Source: Octopus bimaculoides (Eukaryota). Taken from it: 64,000 bases of DNA. A model generated the notes under the pieces. It saw only the letters and a program-made list of their open reading frames with translations, was not told the DNA's origin and made no database searches. Position 1 is the first letter of the stretch; every line of letters starts with the position of its first letter. The position numbers and the translations under genes are program-made. Location of the stretch: positions 114,116,906 through 114,180,905 of the forward strand of contig NC_068982.1 of assembly GCF_001194135.2 (NCBI RefSeq). The letters are read 5' to 3'. Positions 39,085-52,299 of the stretch are shown in pieces.

Positions 39085-39265
39085 CATCGCTTGACAACCG
39101 AAGCTGATATGTTTACGTCCCCGTAACTTAGCAGTTAGGCAAAAGAACCGATAGAATAAGTACTAGGCTTACAAAGAAAAGTCCTGGAGTCGATCTGTTC
39201 GACTAAAGGCGTTGTTCCAGCATGACCGCATTCAAATGACTGAAACAAATAAAAGAATAAAAGAA
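38878..39265 (+). mobile_element. SINE family A, full-length (tRNA-like head, internal (TA)n, 3' half)
   Basis: Head gagtggttgtgtggta..gggttcagtccca, then (TA)n, then the same 3' half as 1-198; colinear with 45795-46203. Confidence 0.92.
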
Positions 39266-39267
39266 CA

Positions 39268-39324
39268 AATTAAATAGTCTGATGAAGGCATGTAGCCGAA
39301 ACTTCGAAGTAACTCAATTTATTT
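39268..39324 (+). ncRNA. Type-I hammerhead ribozyme motif with palindromic stem III
   Basis: AGU-CUGAUGA-A-GGC augua GCC-GAA-ACUUCGAAGU-A/ACU: intact core, 3-bp stem II, GUA triplet (cleavage after 39311), proximal 3-bp stem I with imperfect extension. Confidence 0.8.
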
Positions 39325-39376
39325 CCTTGTAAAAGTTATATATATATATAACTTTTACAAGGAAAAAATTGAGTTA
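39310..39376. repeat. ~30-bp-arm inverted repeat around (TA)n
   Basis: aactcaatttatttccttgtaaaagttata versus tataacttttacaaggaaaaaattgagtt (one 1-nt indel). Confidence 0.95.
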
Positions 39377-39392
39377 TATATATATATATGCA

Positions 39393-39550
39393 CAGGCGTG
39401 GCTGTGTCGTGAGAAGCTTGCTTCCCAACGACATGGTCGGTGATTCAGTCCCAGTGCGTGGCATCTTGCGTAAGTGTCTTCTACTATAGCTCGGGCCGAC
39501 GAAAGGCTTATGGGTGTGTATGGTAAACGGAAACTGAAAGAAGTGCGTCA
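39393..39550 (+). mobile_element. SINE family A, 5' half
   Basis: ggcgtggctgtgtcgtgagaagcttgcttcccaa..ttcagtcccagtgcgtggca..aacggaaactgaaagaag; aligns to 45800-45960. Confidence 0.9.
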
Positions 39551-39556
39551 TGTGTA

Positions 39557-39618
<62 letters not shown>

Positions 39619-39949
39619 AAGTATGAACCATTATTGTTACCAATATGTACTCTACAAGTAAGTATTTAGTAAGCCTTCAATTTAATATTATTTGTTTTTC
39701 TTTACATCAAGTGCTGCTTCTAATTTTCATAGTTGATAATTTAATGAGGGTTTCAAAAGTATTCATACCTTTAAAATTTAAAATTTTTCGCATCAACTCT
39801 TTCATTTTCCTCTTCACTAATATATATATATTTTTTTTTTTTGCCGATACCGGAGTCGTACTTCAGCACAGTATCTTTAAGTATAACATCATAGTAGAAA
39901 ATGGTCTGTTCAAGTTTCATATTTAGTTTTAATGTAGACAGATTTAGAT

Positions 39950-40862
39950 TCTATTTCTTCTCATTTCTTAGTTTAGGTCCGAAGGAGGTTACATTTGAAA
40001 ACATTCTTCAAACTATAGCAATGCTTAGCGATGCACTGTAAATTGTCACTGCATATTGTGAAAAATCTGAAAATCCAGGTTCACCATTTGCATTTTTATT
40101 GCTGCTTCACACCAAAAGTTTTGACCCCCTCAGGAAATATACTTTACCAAACGAGTCTTCGTAGTTCGCACAAGTGTATTTCCCGAAGTTTAGATTGATC
40201 AGCCGAAGTTGAAGAGAGTTGCAAAAGTTAGGCAAATATGGTTTAAATAAGCTTTAGGTGGTAGTGATGGTGGTGGGAGGTCGAGGTCGTGAATGCTTAG
40301 GCTTTCTTTTAAATGGTTTGGTTTCAATGTTCCTTAGTACATGGCTTAAATGTTCTTCGCACATTCACCTCAAAAACTCAGACATTGTTTTTGAACAGTA
40401 TTTCCTTGTTCTTGGGAAATTTATGTGGCAGAAATTTTATGTTGAAATTTTAGAAAACTCATATCCAAAATCAATTTTTTATTTGGGAGATACTGAGATT
40501 TCAATGTGTCTAAATTCGTTTCAAGAATTATATTGACGGCATAAAATTCCTCTTAGCATAATCAATGCAAAACTGTACCGTTCAGCTAAGACGCGATTAT
40601 GGTCCAAAATTTATTTTTGAAACAGCACATTTTTCAAATTCTCTCAACACAGACATCATAAATCGTGAAATTCATTAGTTGCATCCGAGTACAGAGTATG
40701 TAATTCCTTTCCAGAATAATTTTCCCAACCAGAAGGTCCCTTTCGTAAAAAGAAATAGCAATGCATTCCACATCTAAGAATTTCCTGTATACAATTACTT
40801 CTTGCTAACCATCATCTGGTTGAATAGGTGATAATTTTCAATAATTCCTCACCTCTATTGCT

Positions 40863-40903
<41 letters not shown>

Positions 40904-41480
40904 TTTTTGAAGGGTTGATTGTGGAGCCAGCTCTAAATTTCTCTTAACAGATTGTCGAGGTAATTCTTCGGAACCATGTGAACATGTTAAATGCAGAGAT
41001 AGGCAAATACATTTTATGAGAGTCAAGTTTTAATAATCTAATTTCATTAAAATGTAGAGAGAATTTTTAACATTACAAAGGATTGAAGTTCTCCCTGTTG
41101 CAACAGCAAAGGGCTGTCTAATATCAATTCACTTCGAAGAACTTACAATTTATTGCAACATTTCAGCAGTTTTTGCAAAATAAATTAGCCCTAAAAGCCC
41201 TGACACAGTTTTATTTTGTCGTTTATTACCATACCTAATGCACAAACAGGGGTGTTTTTCACAATGTTCGCTGACCCACTTCAAATCATGGAGGATTGAC
41301 AATTACTTATACCTTTCAGTAAGGATGGAGCAATAATAATTTTTATAGGGGCTGTACATTTTATTTTGTGCAGTCTCCATCAGCTATAATTCAAAATGAT
41401 GGTATTCCTATATTAATACGTTCTCCCAAATGATCGATGCTATGCGCATAGCAATCTACAAATGCTACTAACTGTAATTT
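39950..41480 (-). pseudogene. Decayed hAT-superfamily transposase
   Basis: In order on minus: 'CIRYG..LLGLI', 'AVATG..ILCNVKNSL', 'STR*WLARSNCI', and C-terminal 'IV*RMFSNV..KLRN' (ER.FS motif). Interrupted by (TA)n at 40866-40898. Confidence 0.65.
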
Positions 41481-44280
41481 CTTTTACTTTGAAAGGAAGA
41501 AAAAAACTACTCTTAGAATTCGTTGTGAATTTGAGTTTACTGCTGCTCTTCGCTGTATGTTGAACTGAAGAAGCTTATTTTCTGACGTAGGTTTTGCGAA
41601 CTCATATTCCAGTACTGCACACATTACATAAAGCTTTATCACACTTATGATATATTACTTTCCCTCAATTTGAAAGCAGTATGAATAACCTTTATCCTGG
41701 ATCTTTCACAATTTTCTCGTATTTACACTATTTAACTCATTCTATAAGTGCATATAGTTTTGGAGTAACTGAGATTTACTTTTTTTTAAATAAATAAATT
41801 TTTAAACGTCAATCATATGATTAAAGTAACTGCTGTCAACATCTTTTACTATATACTTTACGAAGGAGACACTACGTAGTTGCTCAATATGCTAAAAGTA
41901 ATAGCTAACTTTCTCTGAATTTACATTTTATAGCATCAGAAAGAGGAATACATTGAAAAATATGTCAGCCCAGTGTTTTTAATGTAGCGTGATAAAATTG
42001 GTTGTTTATCCTTCGTTTTTGAAAACGACCACACAACAATGGTAGATGGAGCGGTAATTGTGTTTCATGGCTAACGTGATTGTGCGTTTCATGACTCTGG
42101 AGGTACACGTTTCGAAGTGACATTACTGGACATCAACGCCCCGTCCTTTGAAACTTGACTAGTGGTAGTTGATTTCCTTCACGCAATTCACGAAAAGTCT
42201 CGCCTTCACATGCATCTTAAATTTGTATAAATACACAATATTGGATGACCATTGATTCTCCTGAGTTTATTTAATCTTTGATAAGTTTTGTTTCAACATA
42301 GGATCCGAAATATTTTTCCCCACCAAGCAAGTTTGATAATGTTTTCCGGTTTTTCCACACTTCTACAAGGGAAGCCTATTTCCAGTGACAAACTGCTGCC
42401 AAATGGTGCTATTAACAGAGCCGATTTTACAATGGATTCAGGTATTCTGTAACATATATAAATGTCATAACAATGTATTTCTAATCAAAATATTTTGAGT
42501 TTAAAATTAATTTTAAAGAATATGACGAATGCACATTGGATATTTGTTGACAATACTTTTTATAAATATTAAAACGCAGGTAAAACTCCTTCAAAAGTTT
42601 GTTCAGAATATATAAAGTAATTGATAGCACTGTTGCCGCTAGTGTTGTGCTGTAATCGTTGATAAATGATCAATAAAGTAATAATTTTCAATGGGAAAAA
42701 TTCGTGGAATGTTGCCCTCAGCATTTGGTAAAATACTGCATCAAGTATTATTATATAATTGTTCGAAAGCAAATGTTTTTTTTTTCAAGATTGTGTGTTC
42801 ATTATGCATTATGCATTATGAATCAAGATGTTTTAAAATATGGCAAAGCAGATTTCATTTAATTGTTTTATAAATGTTATTAATTGTCTTAAAATCTCAT
42901 TTATATATATATATATATGTTCAAATAAAGTAGAAAGCAAAGGGAATTGTTGCTCCCACCAACCCACAACCATGTTTAAATAGCCAAAAAGTAGCAAGTA
43001 GCCCATATTTGATAATACAATCTGACGTCTAATCTAGGAACCCAGCATTGAACTTTCTGATTCTGGTACTCGCATTTAGTATTTGGGCTTATGCAATATG
43101 AACTTCATAACTGCCACCCGGTATTATGATTGATATTATTATATTATGTTATATCATATCGCATTATCGTGTTTTGTAGTTATTATTATATTATATTGAA
43201 CCATATTAAAAACCCGGGTGTCAGTTCCACGGAACCAGGTGCTTTAGGGTCTATGTTGAAATTATCACACTGAGCAGGATACGACTATTTAATACCAAAG
43301 CCGACCTGTGCCAACCCGAGATAGATTAAAAGTCTTCTTATGGTGAAGCAACGAACATTGCACACCTACAGATGGTACATTTCATTCTGTGTAGCGTGCT
43401 GTGCGGATGATATTTCTCAACTTTATTCGCGATAGGGCGGTGGTGAGTAATTGGATGTAATGTTACTATCATAGTGTGTGTGTGCGCGCGCGCGTACGTG
43501 CGTGCGTGCATGCATTCCCTGTTCTCTCTTTGTCTACTTTCCAGTCCATTTTCGAATGTTAGCTCGGGACTTGCCACGTTATTCTTTGCTGATCTGTATA
43601 TATGCATATTAAAGTATATTTGCATATGTATATTTGTGCAAAGAATGATAAGCTATTTATGCCTAATCCTCAACTTACCCTCTCTTCTAATTGCATATTT
43701 TGTTCTTTCGAGGATTACTTAAATCACATCTGGTTCTGAATGCATGTTCGACAGACGAACAGCTGTATATAATCTTCTTATCTCTTCCCATGCATCCTTC
43801 GCACCATATTTTTCCGCACTAACTTTGGGTATAGGCTGGTATTTGTGTCTGATTGTGTATGTTCGTGTTCACATTTCTACGACTGAAGACCAGCGAATTT
43901 TAAGTCCTTATTTTCTCATCAGCCAATCGTGTTTTGATTCATTTGCTATCAATGCAATAGGTTCAACCATGCTATCTAGTTGTTCTTTACTGTCTGAGAG
44001 AAAGACTATTCATACTAACAGAGTACTGGATCAGTTGAAACAATTAATACCCTTTACTATAATTTTCCTACCTTCATAATAGATTGCAAATACGTGAATA
44101 ATCAAAAGTGACAGAATATGTGAATAATCAAAAGTAAGGACTCTTACGAAAAATATGTTTTCTATACATACTGAGTAGGCCGTCGTTGCCGGGAAATTTT
44201 CACAGTAGAATGCTTTCATTTCATTTTTTTATTTCATGTCAGACCACATCTTTCCCGATGGATAGGCATATGTTTGTATG

Positions 44281-44311
<31 letters not shown>

Positions 44312-44657
44312 TGTGTAGGTAAAGTATGCCCAAGCGGTTAATGTGGTTTCGGGTTCGATCCTACAGCAAGACATTTTGGATCAATGTAATTTTCTATAGC
44401 CCCAAATCGATCCATTTCTTGTGAAGTAAACTGCATTGAAGCTCGTCGAGCGGATGGATCTATGATTGACGTGGTGTAATCTTGTCACATGATGTGTCAC
44501 ACTCATTCTCCGAGCGAATTACTTTTCTGGGGAATACTTAGCCATGTTAATTCATGAGCAGGTAATTCAGTTGGTCAAACAACCAAATCTTCATCATCGG
44601 AAAATGAAGATCCATCATCATATATAATACTCGCACACACGCACGCACACACACACA

Positions 44658-44709
<52 letters not shown>

Positions 44710-44932
44710 NNNNNNNNNNNNNNNNNNNNNNNNNNNNNNNNNNNNNNNNNNNNNNNNNNNNNNNNNNNNNNNNNNNNNNNNNNNNNNNNNNNNNNNNNNN
44801 NNNNNNNNNNNNNNNNNNNNNNNNNNNNNNNNNNNNNNNNNNNNNNNNNNNNNNNNNNNNNNNNNNNNNNNNNNNNNNNNNNNNNNNNNNNNNNNNNNNN
44901 NNNNNNNNNNNNNNNNNNNNNNNNNNNNNNNN

Positions 44933-44980
<48 letters not shown>

Positions 44981-45794
44981 TCTCTTTCCCCCCTCTCTCT
45001 CTCTCGAGGAATTACGTGGATGTATGTGTCCTGATGACCTAGTCTGACCACAGTTTGCAGACTTAAACGAGATAAACAGAGTAATGTACCTTAATAAACG
45101 TTATTAGTGAATGAATGTTAATTTCTATCATTTGCTTTAACTGTTATGTTTCATGCAACATTAGAATATTTCTGTAGGGAAACTTTTTAATTATTCATTT
45201 TTGTATTCACCAAGTGTTCTTGTTACTAGCCACTACTGTCAATATTTCAAGTTTACAGTATTATTGATCTGTAACAAAGCCATTCATGTTGGTGTTTATT
45301 CTGACTGAATTGGTCATTGCGAAGAATCACTGAAGCGTCGATAAATGCTTAACAGTATTTGTACCGGTTTTGTGGATTCTGAGTTCAAACCCTGTAGATT
45401 ACAACTTTGCATTTCATTTTCATCGTTCTGAGGTCGATAAATATTCAAATACTATGGTTGATTCCTTCTCTTCCCTCCTCTCTCTCTCACGCACGCACAC
45501 AGAATTGACCTTTGTGATGGACCTGAAAGCGTACTTTAATACATGAACGTATTTTGTACTACTCTGCAATAATTCTGTCACTAATATTCTAAACAGTATA
45601 TTTCTATTAAAGCGCGAGCCCTATACTACGATCTTTTAAATACTTCGACTGTTTGCTCCTTTAGTATATGTTGCTGATTAGCACCAAATTAGGTCTCGAT
45701 TCCACAAATGTACGATCGACACATTTCCAGTCACAACCATCTCTTACTTTCACCTGATATCAGCGTATCTAGATGTATATTAGAAGAATGGTAA

Positions 45795-46203
45795 CAGGCT
45801 CAGGAGTGGCTGTGTGGTAGGTAGCTTGCTCACCAACCACATGGTTCCGGGTTCAGTCCCACTGCGTGGCACCTTGGGCAAGTGTCTACTACTATAGCAT
45901 CGGGCCGACCAAAGCCTTGTGAGTGGATTTGGTAGACGGAAACTGAAAGAAGCCCGTCGTATATATGTATATATATATATATGTATGTGTGTTTGTGTGT
46001 CTGTGTTTGTCCCCCCACCACCGCTTGACAACCGATGCTGGTGTGTTTACGTCCCCGTATCTTAGCGGTTCGGTAAAAAGAGACCGATAGAATAAGTATT
46101 AGGCTTACAAAGAATAAGTCCTGGTGTCGATTTGCTCGACTAAAGGCAGTGCTCCAGCATGGCCGCAGTCAAATGACTGAAACAAGTAAAAGTGTAAAAG
46201 AGT
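45795..46203 (+). mobile_element. SINE family A, full-length, least diverged copy
   Basis: caggagtggctgtgtggtaggtagcttgctcaccaaccacatggttccgggttcagtcccactgcgtggcacc head, internal TA/TG microsatellite, 3' half ending aacaagtaaaagtgtaaaagag. Confidence 0.95.
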
Positions 46204-47383
46204 ATGTGTGATACGTGGAAGATTTAATTCTAACAAATTGAAAAAACCACATATAGCATCCCTTGTTGACTCAATAGAAACCATAATCGTTAATTTTAAT
46301 TTTTCAATTTAACATTTGATACCCGTTAAATGTGTATGTTATGGAATAGATTCAATTAAATCTGCTGAGTTCAAAATGGTTAATATAATATTAACTCTAC
46401 TTATTTTGTTCTTTTACAGAATGTTTACGGCTGCTTTTGATGCTATCGTTCAGTCCCTGGTCAGTGCTGAGTTATAACTGAAGGCGTTCCAACCATGACC
46501 ACCATCACCCTTTCTCCAGACACTGAGTATTTTAGGATTAGATTAATACAGTGAATCCCTCCCATTTCATAACGTGGGATGTAATACGATGAATATTTGA
46601 TGGTTGTTTCTCGCAGAACGAGTGACCACATAGACGCACCTTCATTCCCACTGCAAAACTTTTCTCCACCCCATCACAAATATCAATTCGAATAACTAAT
46701 ATTCCTGTAACAAACACAGAAATGAGAACAATTTTTTTCTTTAGTTATTTCATACCAAATAAAATGCACCTCGCTTCTCAAAATGCTCACCTGTTAATGC
46801 ATAAGCCAAGTTTGAACGATATAATAAAAATAAAATTCCAGGTCAGTAGCGTGTGTGTATGTGTGTGTGTATGCGTGTGAGTATTATATGTAAGTGTGTA
46901 CTCATGCGTGTGTATATACATATATACTTATGCGTGTGTATATAAAAATATACATACATGAATGCACCCATAAAAACATGTCTACATACACACACATATG
47001 CAATGTATGATGTACATACGTGCGTGTGAAATGGCGTTCAATTCCGTTATGTGTATAATATATTATGGGTGTATACGACTGATTATAAAGTGAGGTCTTT
47101 CATCACATTATTACATGAATAAATCTATTGGCGCTAAGAACAAAGATATTGATTTATTTGTGAATTAATATTTCATAACATGCATTAATCATGTTTCCTC
47201 TATGTATTTTAACATACATGTGTACGTGTATGTAACAACGCTGTGTGTTTGTGTGTGTGAGAGTGTGAGAGACAGAGAGACAGAGAGAGGACAGAGAGAG
47301 CAGAGAGAAAGAAGAAATGAAACCGAATGGAAGAGTGAAACAAAGATATATATATATATATATATATATATATNNNNNNNNNN

Positions 47384-47425
<42 letters not shown>

Positions 47426-48424
47426 GGGAAGTGAGAGAAAGATTATGTATGGATATATATTAACATATATCATTCACATATACATATAAATACTGTATAT
47501 ACCTAAACATATATATATATATATATATACATTGTGTAAACATATATATCCACATTATTAATAATATTGTTAGTATTGAGCAATATTGTCAGAGTGTAAA
47601 TGAAAAAATGTTTCAATACGAAGTTGTTTCATGAACATATTGCAAAATTATTCCACTTGCTAATATTCGAACTCGGAATGCTAAATATGCAATTAGTCAC
47701 ATGAAAGAAGTAGTCCGGCGCTCTACTGTTATATCTAACTCTTCTGAAAATGTTCAGTATCGATTTCTTATATTGATACAGTGCAGATGTTTTATAGATA
47801 TATATAGAGAGAGAGAGGATTGAAAAACGTCACATAGTACTTATTTCGCAGCTGTTCTTAAAGCTGGAGGGATGAAAGGCAAAACCAACACCGGTTGTTT
47901 TTAGATTACTCAACATAAAGTGAACTTACAACCCCGAACTTTGTGGTATCTAGCTACGGCTACTTAAGTTCTGAATTCAATTCCTATCGAGTTCGAAATT
48001 CGTTGAGGTCAACTCTGCCGTTCGTGTAACAAGTGTTGATAGAGTAAAGTACCAATCAAGTTTTGTGGTTGATTTAATCGATTAACCGTTCTCTGGAACT
48101 TGTGATCATGTATCTATGTTAAAAATTTAAGACAGTGGATTAGCTCTTTAGAGTCTCAGACAAAATACATTTCTTCTGGTTGCTTACATGCATCGTACTT
48201 GGAAGTCAACTACTGTTGCCTTAGTATTTGTGTTACTAAATCATAATTTTTGAAGCGTAAAAATATGTAGTATTTTTCATGAATTATAGTCCTTCATATG
48301 GCTAGAAATAATCAAACCATCGCTTTTTCACAGGTGTGTCTCTTAAACGTATTGTTTGAACTTAAATTTATTTATGTATTGTAATCTACCAAAATAGCCC
48401 ATAATAACATTAAATGGGTCATTA

Positions 48425-48700
48425 GCATCCCTTAACCAGGCACATCTTCTCGAAAAACAATCGATTATTGGCGTGCACGGTCATGTCAAAAATGCTATCA
48501 TCAATATCGCAATGTGTCATTTCTATTTCCAGAAAAATAATACTTGGAGACGGAAGGGTAGAACTCGACAGCATCGAGCTGGGTGTATCTATATCAATTT
48601 TTCTCACTACTGTTGTTAAACTAGTTTCACCGCTGCTACTCCATTGTTGTTCTATACTGAGAGTTCTTATTTCAAATGCAATCTGACGTGTTTCCAAACT
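48425..48700 (-). pseudogene. PLE reverse transcriptase fragment (motif A region)
   Basis: An alternative frame to the listed ORF reads YTQLDAVEFYPSVSK, resembling 'F..FDI.EFYPSI', preceded by 'EQQWSSS' and followed by a 'HAR..LF'-like segment. Confidence 0.55.
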
Positions 48701-49233
48701 TTCACAAGCTTACTATTAGCAGATTTATTAACCTACATTTGAGGTTTATTTTAAATTTCATGGTTATTACTTTTGCTTCCCAGTTAATCTTACTGAAGTT
48801 GATGCGTTTGCTTGTTTGTATTTTTGAGTAATATTTTTCACTTGAAGTTTAACCAATACGCTTTGTCATGTTTGTACAGGATTTTGCTTTATCTGAAAAT
48901 TATTCATTTTATTGAAGTACTTAATGATCCAATGTGTATGTATTGATATATAAGTAAATACTATGGGAGTACCATAGTTGAATTGTAAATACCCCACTCA
49001 ATGTCTTTAAATATTATAAATATAACTTCACACCTCGCTTACGAGAGCATCCTGCTAACAGTCTCACATGGGATAATTCCTACTCTGCTCTTTAAGCCTA
49101 CGGAACAAAAGATTCTGTAGTCTTGCTGTCTTGCTCACGTTTTTTAGCCTATAGAGCACTGGTTTCGCGTATCGTTTGAAGATTTTGATGAAAATTCATT
49201 CTTTACAGTTAAGTAAGATTATTATTATTATTA

Positions 49234-49286
<53 letters not shown>

Positions 49287-49312
49287 CATCATTATTATTA
49301 TTATTAGGATTA

Positions 49313-49535
49313 AGACGGTCAGCTGGAAAATCGTTAGTACACCGGCCGAAATGCTTAGCGCTATTTCGTCTGTCGCTACTTTCTGAGTTCAAATTCCACT
49401 AAGGTCGACTTTGTCTCTCATCACTTTCGGGGTCGATAAAATAAGTATCAGTTGAACACCGGGGTCGATGTAATCGTCTCATTCCCTTCCCACAAAACTG
49501 CTGCCCTTGTGGTAAAACTTGGAGCCATTATTATC
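49313..49535 (+). mobile_element. SINE family B copy preceded by long (TAT)n
   Basis: Aligns to 28706-28927. More decayed copies lie near 45325-45470 and 47935-48125. Confidence 0.9.
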
Positions 49536-50544
49536 GTTAGGCTTGAGAAGATGGAATCATTGCCCCTTTTAACCTTTTAACCTTAACTGAAAATGCGTTC
49601 TGGAAACTGTAATGAGAGATGAACATTATATATTACAGCTCTATTACGCCTGGTATTGTCAAACTTTTCAACTGCAATCATTTTTATTTTTACACCGATA
49701 ACAATAATGGTGACAATGTTACCAGCACGAAGAACAACAATGGCGCCATTAGTCCTGCGGGTAACTGAAGCAAGAACACCATTTTTACCACCAACAACGA
49801 TATCGCTGTTACTACGAAGCACAATAACAATAAGAAACAAACTGCAATCACCGAAACCTTAACAACTGCAACACCACTACAAACAATACAGGAAAACTTT
49901 ATAAGAATACAGGTCTTCGAAAGAATAATGATTTGATCGAGGACACATACAAATGCAAAGATTTTGAAATGCAGAAGTAGAAGATCAGGGAGCTCTACAG
50001 TAGAAATCAGAATTGATTGAACTCTGGTAAAGACATCACCAGAAGTCCATAGAGATATGACAAAAGATTCTCAAGCTGAACTCTTTATTATGGGAGGGGA
50101 ATGACTTTTTCATATTTGTTTCCACACGTATAAGTTGTAGGCTTTGTAAATACACATAGCCTGGAATTGGTCAGAAAGTTAGGTCATTTTCATAACTAAT
50201 GCAAATTAATAGGTAAACATACGATGCCTGTCAGCGAGACTAGAATTTCCAGCGTGCACACCGTCACATTCCTTTTATCTATCTATGAGATTTATGTCAC
50301 CACCAATCAACTCAGATTGAGAGAAGTTGCACAATCAACCTCACTGATATATTTTTATAGAGTAGCATTTAGTAAAACCGACAGCCGAAGCCTATGTTCT
50401 GTACTAAACAAAATAAACCAGCCTTCTCGCTACATTCACCTCTCTTCCTCCCACCATAAATAACCCCATATGCACCTTGCTTTTCAGTTTATATACTTTT
50501 AGTCGTTGCATTATGAGCTAAATAGGGTGCCTCTTTGTGATCAT

Positions 50545-50735
50545 TTCATTTGCTAGAAATAGTAGCTAAATCTCCCAAATCATGCGTTACTGTCTTTAAA
50601 AAGTGAAAAAAGAACAACATACACTGGATTACTTAGTTCTCAACACATCTAAAAACTTGATGGACAAGGCTGAAACACCGTTTAATCATCAGTCTGCTCA
50701 TTCATGTCTGACCTGGGGCTAAGCAACAATAATAA
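50545..50735 (-). repeat. Old dispersed ~200-bp repeat family (representative copy)
   Basis: Motifs gttg(c/t)ttagccccaggtcag..gagcagac..atcaaag..ccagcc.tgaccat and gctagaaa..gctaaatctccc recur at ~1861, 5325, 6049, 7730-7915, 21000, 24130-24300, 37200-37320, 37715-37770, 45675 and 46445. Confidence 0.6.
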
Positions 50736-51420
50736 ATAACTATCATTAACACGATTTCATAATTTAAAACCTTTTAAAACTTACTATTAAAATGAAAATC
50801 GGCTCCTAATAACTAAGTCGCTTTTATCATCAGATTTCAATTCTCGGTTAATGTTGTGTGATTGTCTAATCGATCTCATAACCTGATCAGACCAGATTGA
50901 CCATTGTTTAAAGTAGCTATAATGAATAATTAATAATAAGAGCTAAACGAGCCAAAATAAAATACCAATGTGTTGTTTTATATTTCAAGCCAATGTAAAT
51001 CGATAAGGCTTCCTTGTTACCTTAGCCTGAATAAAATAAACAGTGTTAGGAAAGCTGGAAATGGAGCAGAGATCGTAGAAACATTGGAGGATATGTGGTA
51101 GGGGTTGGCTGAATCTATTTTTGATATTGATGAATTATTTATTTAGATAACACTAAAATAACTGATCAGAAGTTCCAGGGTTCCGTTCACAACACACATG
51201 AATACACATGTGTATGAATTATTCTAGAGTATTTTAGATTTTCGTACGCTTTCTTAAAAAGTGAAGAATATATTTAGGGAAAATATTTGTTCATGAGTAT
51301 GTATGTATGTATGCATGTATGTATGCATGGATAGATAGACAGACAGAGAGACAGATATGCATACATATAAGTTCATACACAAATATGGATACACACACAA
51401 CACGCATATATATATATATG

Positions 51421-52298
51421 CAGTGGCTGGACAAAATAATGGAGACACTTTAAAATTTCAAACAAATTTATTTTAATATGGGGTCGCCTTTGGCAGTAAT
51501 TACAGCTTCAACTCTACGAGTTACGGACTCGTACAAAGTTTGAATTGTTTCTAAATGAATTGTTTCTAAATGAATTGTTTCCATTATTCAGCTAAAACAA
51601 TCTCCAGTTCTTGTAGTGATGATGGTGGAGAATATCGACTCCTTACTTGTTTTTCTAAAATGTTCCATAAATGTACAATAATATTGAGATATGGGGACTG
51701 TGGTGGCCAGATAAGATGTTCAACTTCAGTAGAATGTTCCTCGTGCCATTCAGTAACAACTTTAGCTGTATGAATTGGTACATTAACATCCTGAAAGATT
51801 GGGTTTCCCTTCGGAAACAGTTCGGTAAACATAGGATGAATTTGATCAGATAAAATGCTTAAATAATCTTGATTGTTAATACTACCGTGAAGAGAAACCA
51901 TTGGGCCTGCGGATTTCCAAGGTACAGCCCACCAGATCATCACAGATCATCCTCCATGTTTAACAGTTGGAAGAAGGCAGCCCAGGTCAAATGCCTCTTT
52001 TGGCTATCTCCACACGTATACTCGGCCGGTGGTCGGAAATAAGGTAAAGGATGACTCGTCCGAGAAAATAACATTCTTCCACTGCTCTATGGACCAATTC
52101 TGTAGGTTTTTACTCCACTCTAAACGCTTTGCAACGTTTGTTTTTGAAAGTAGTTGATTTCTGGTTGCAGCCCTACCGTGAAATCCGACTTTGTACAGCT
52201 CCTGGCGAACAGTTTTTGTGGAACCTGGGTTCCCGAAGTAGTCATTAACCTCTTCAGTAATTTTGGGAGCTGACTTTTGTGATCTTTTCTAACAGTTC
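51421..52298 (-). mobile_element. Tc1 transposon 3' part (DDE domain plus TIR), pseudogenised
   Basis: WKNVIFSDESSF, TVKHGG, IFQDVNVPIH, WPPQSPYLNIIVHLW; TIR cagtggctggacaaaataatggagacac at 51421; 15-bp unit repeated ~3x at 51541-51581. Confidence 0.92.
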
Positions 52299-52299
52299 T

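Noticed and set aside
45025-45075. ctgatga..agtctg/cagact..taaac hammerhead-like motif
   Set aside because: G12 missing, extra bases before stem II, and stems I and III cannot be formed.
46418-46457. Apparent 40-nt exon (MFTAAFDAIVQSL)
   Set aside because: The donor side overlaps a copy of the old dispersed repeat, so the signal is probably repeat-derived.
48422-48697. Listed 91-aa ORF as a host exon
   Set aside because: A different frame contains a PLE RT motif, which explains the sequence better.
49583-49900. ORFs on both strands
   Set aside because: Decayed AAC/ACC trinucleotide low-complexity sequence with no domain signal.
51541-51581. 15-bp unit repeated about three times
   Set aside because: Ordinary slippage duplication inside a dead Tc1 copy.
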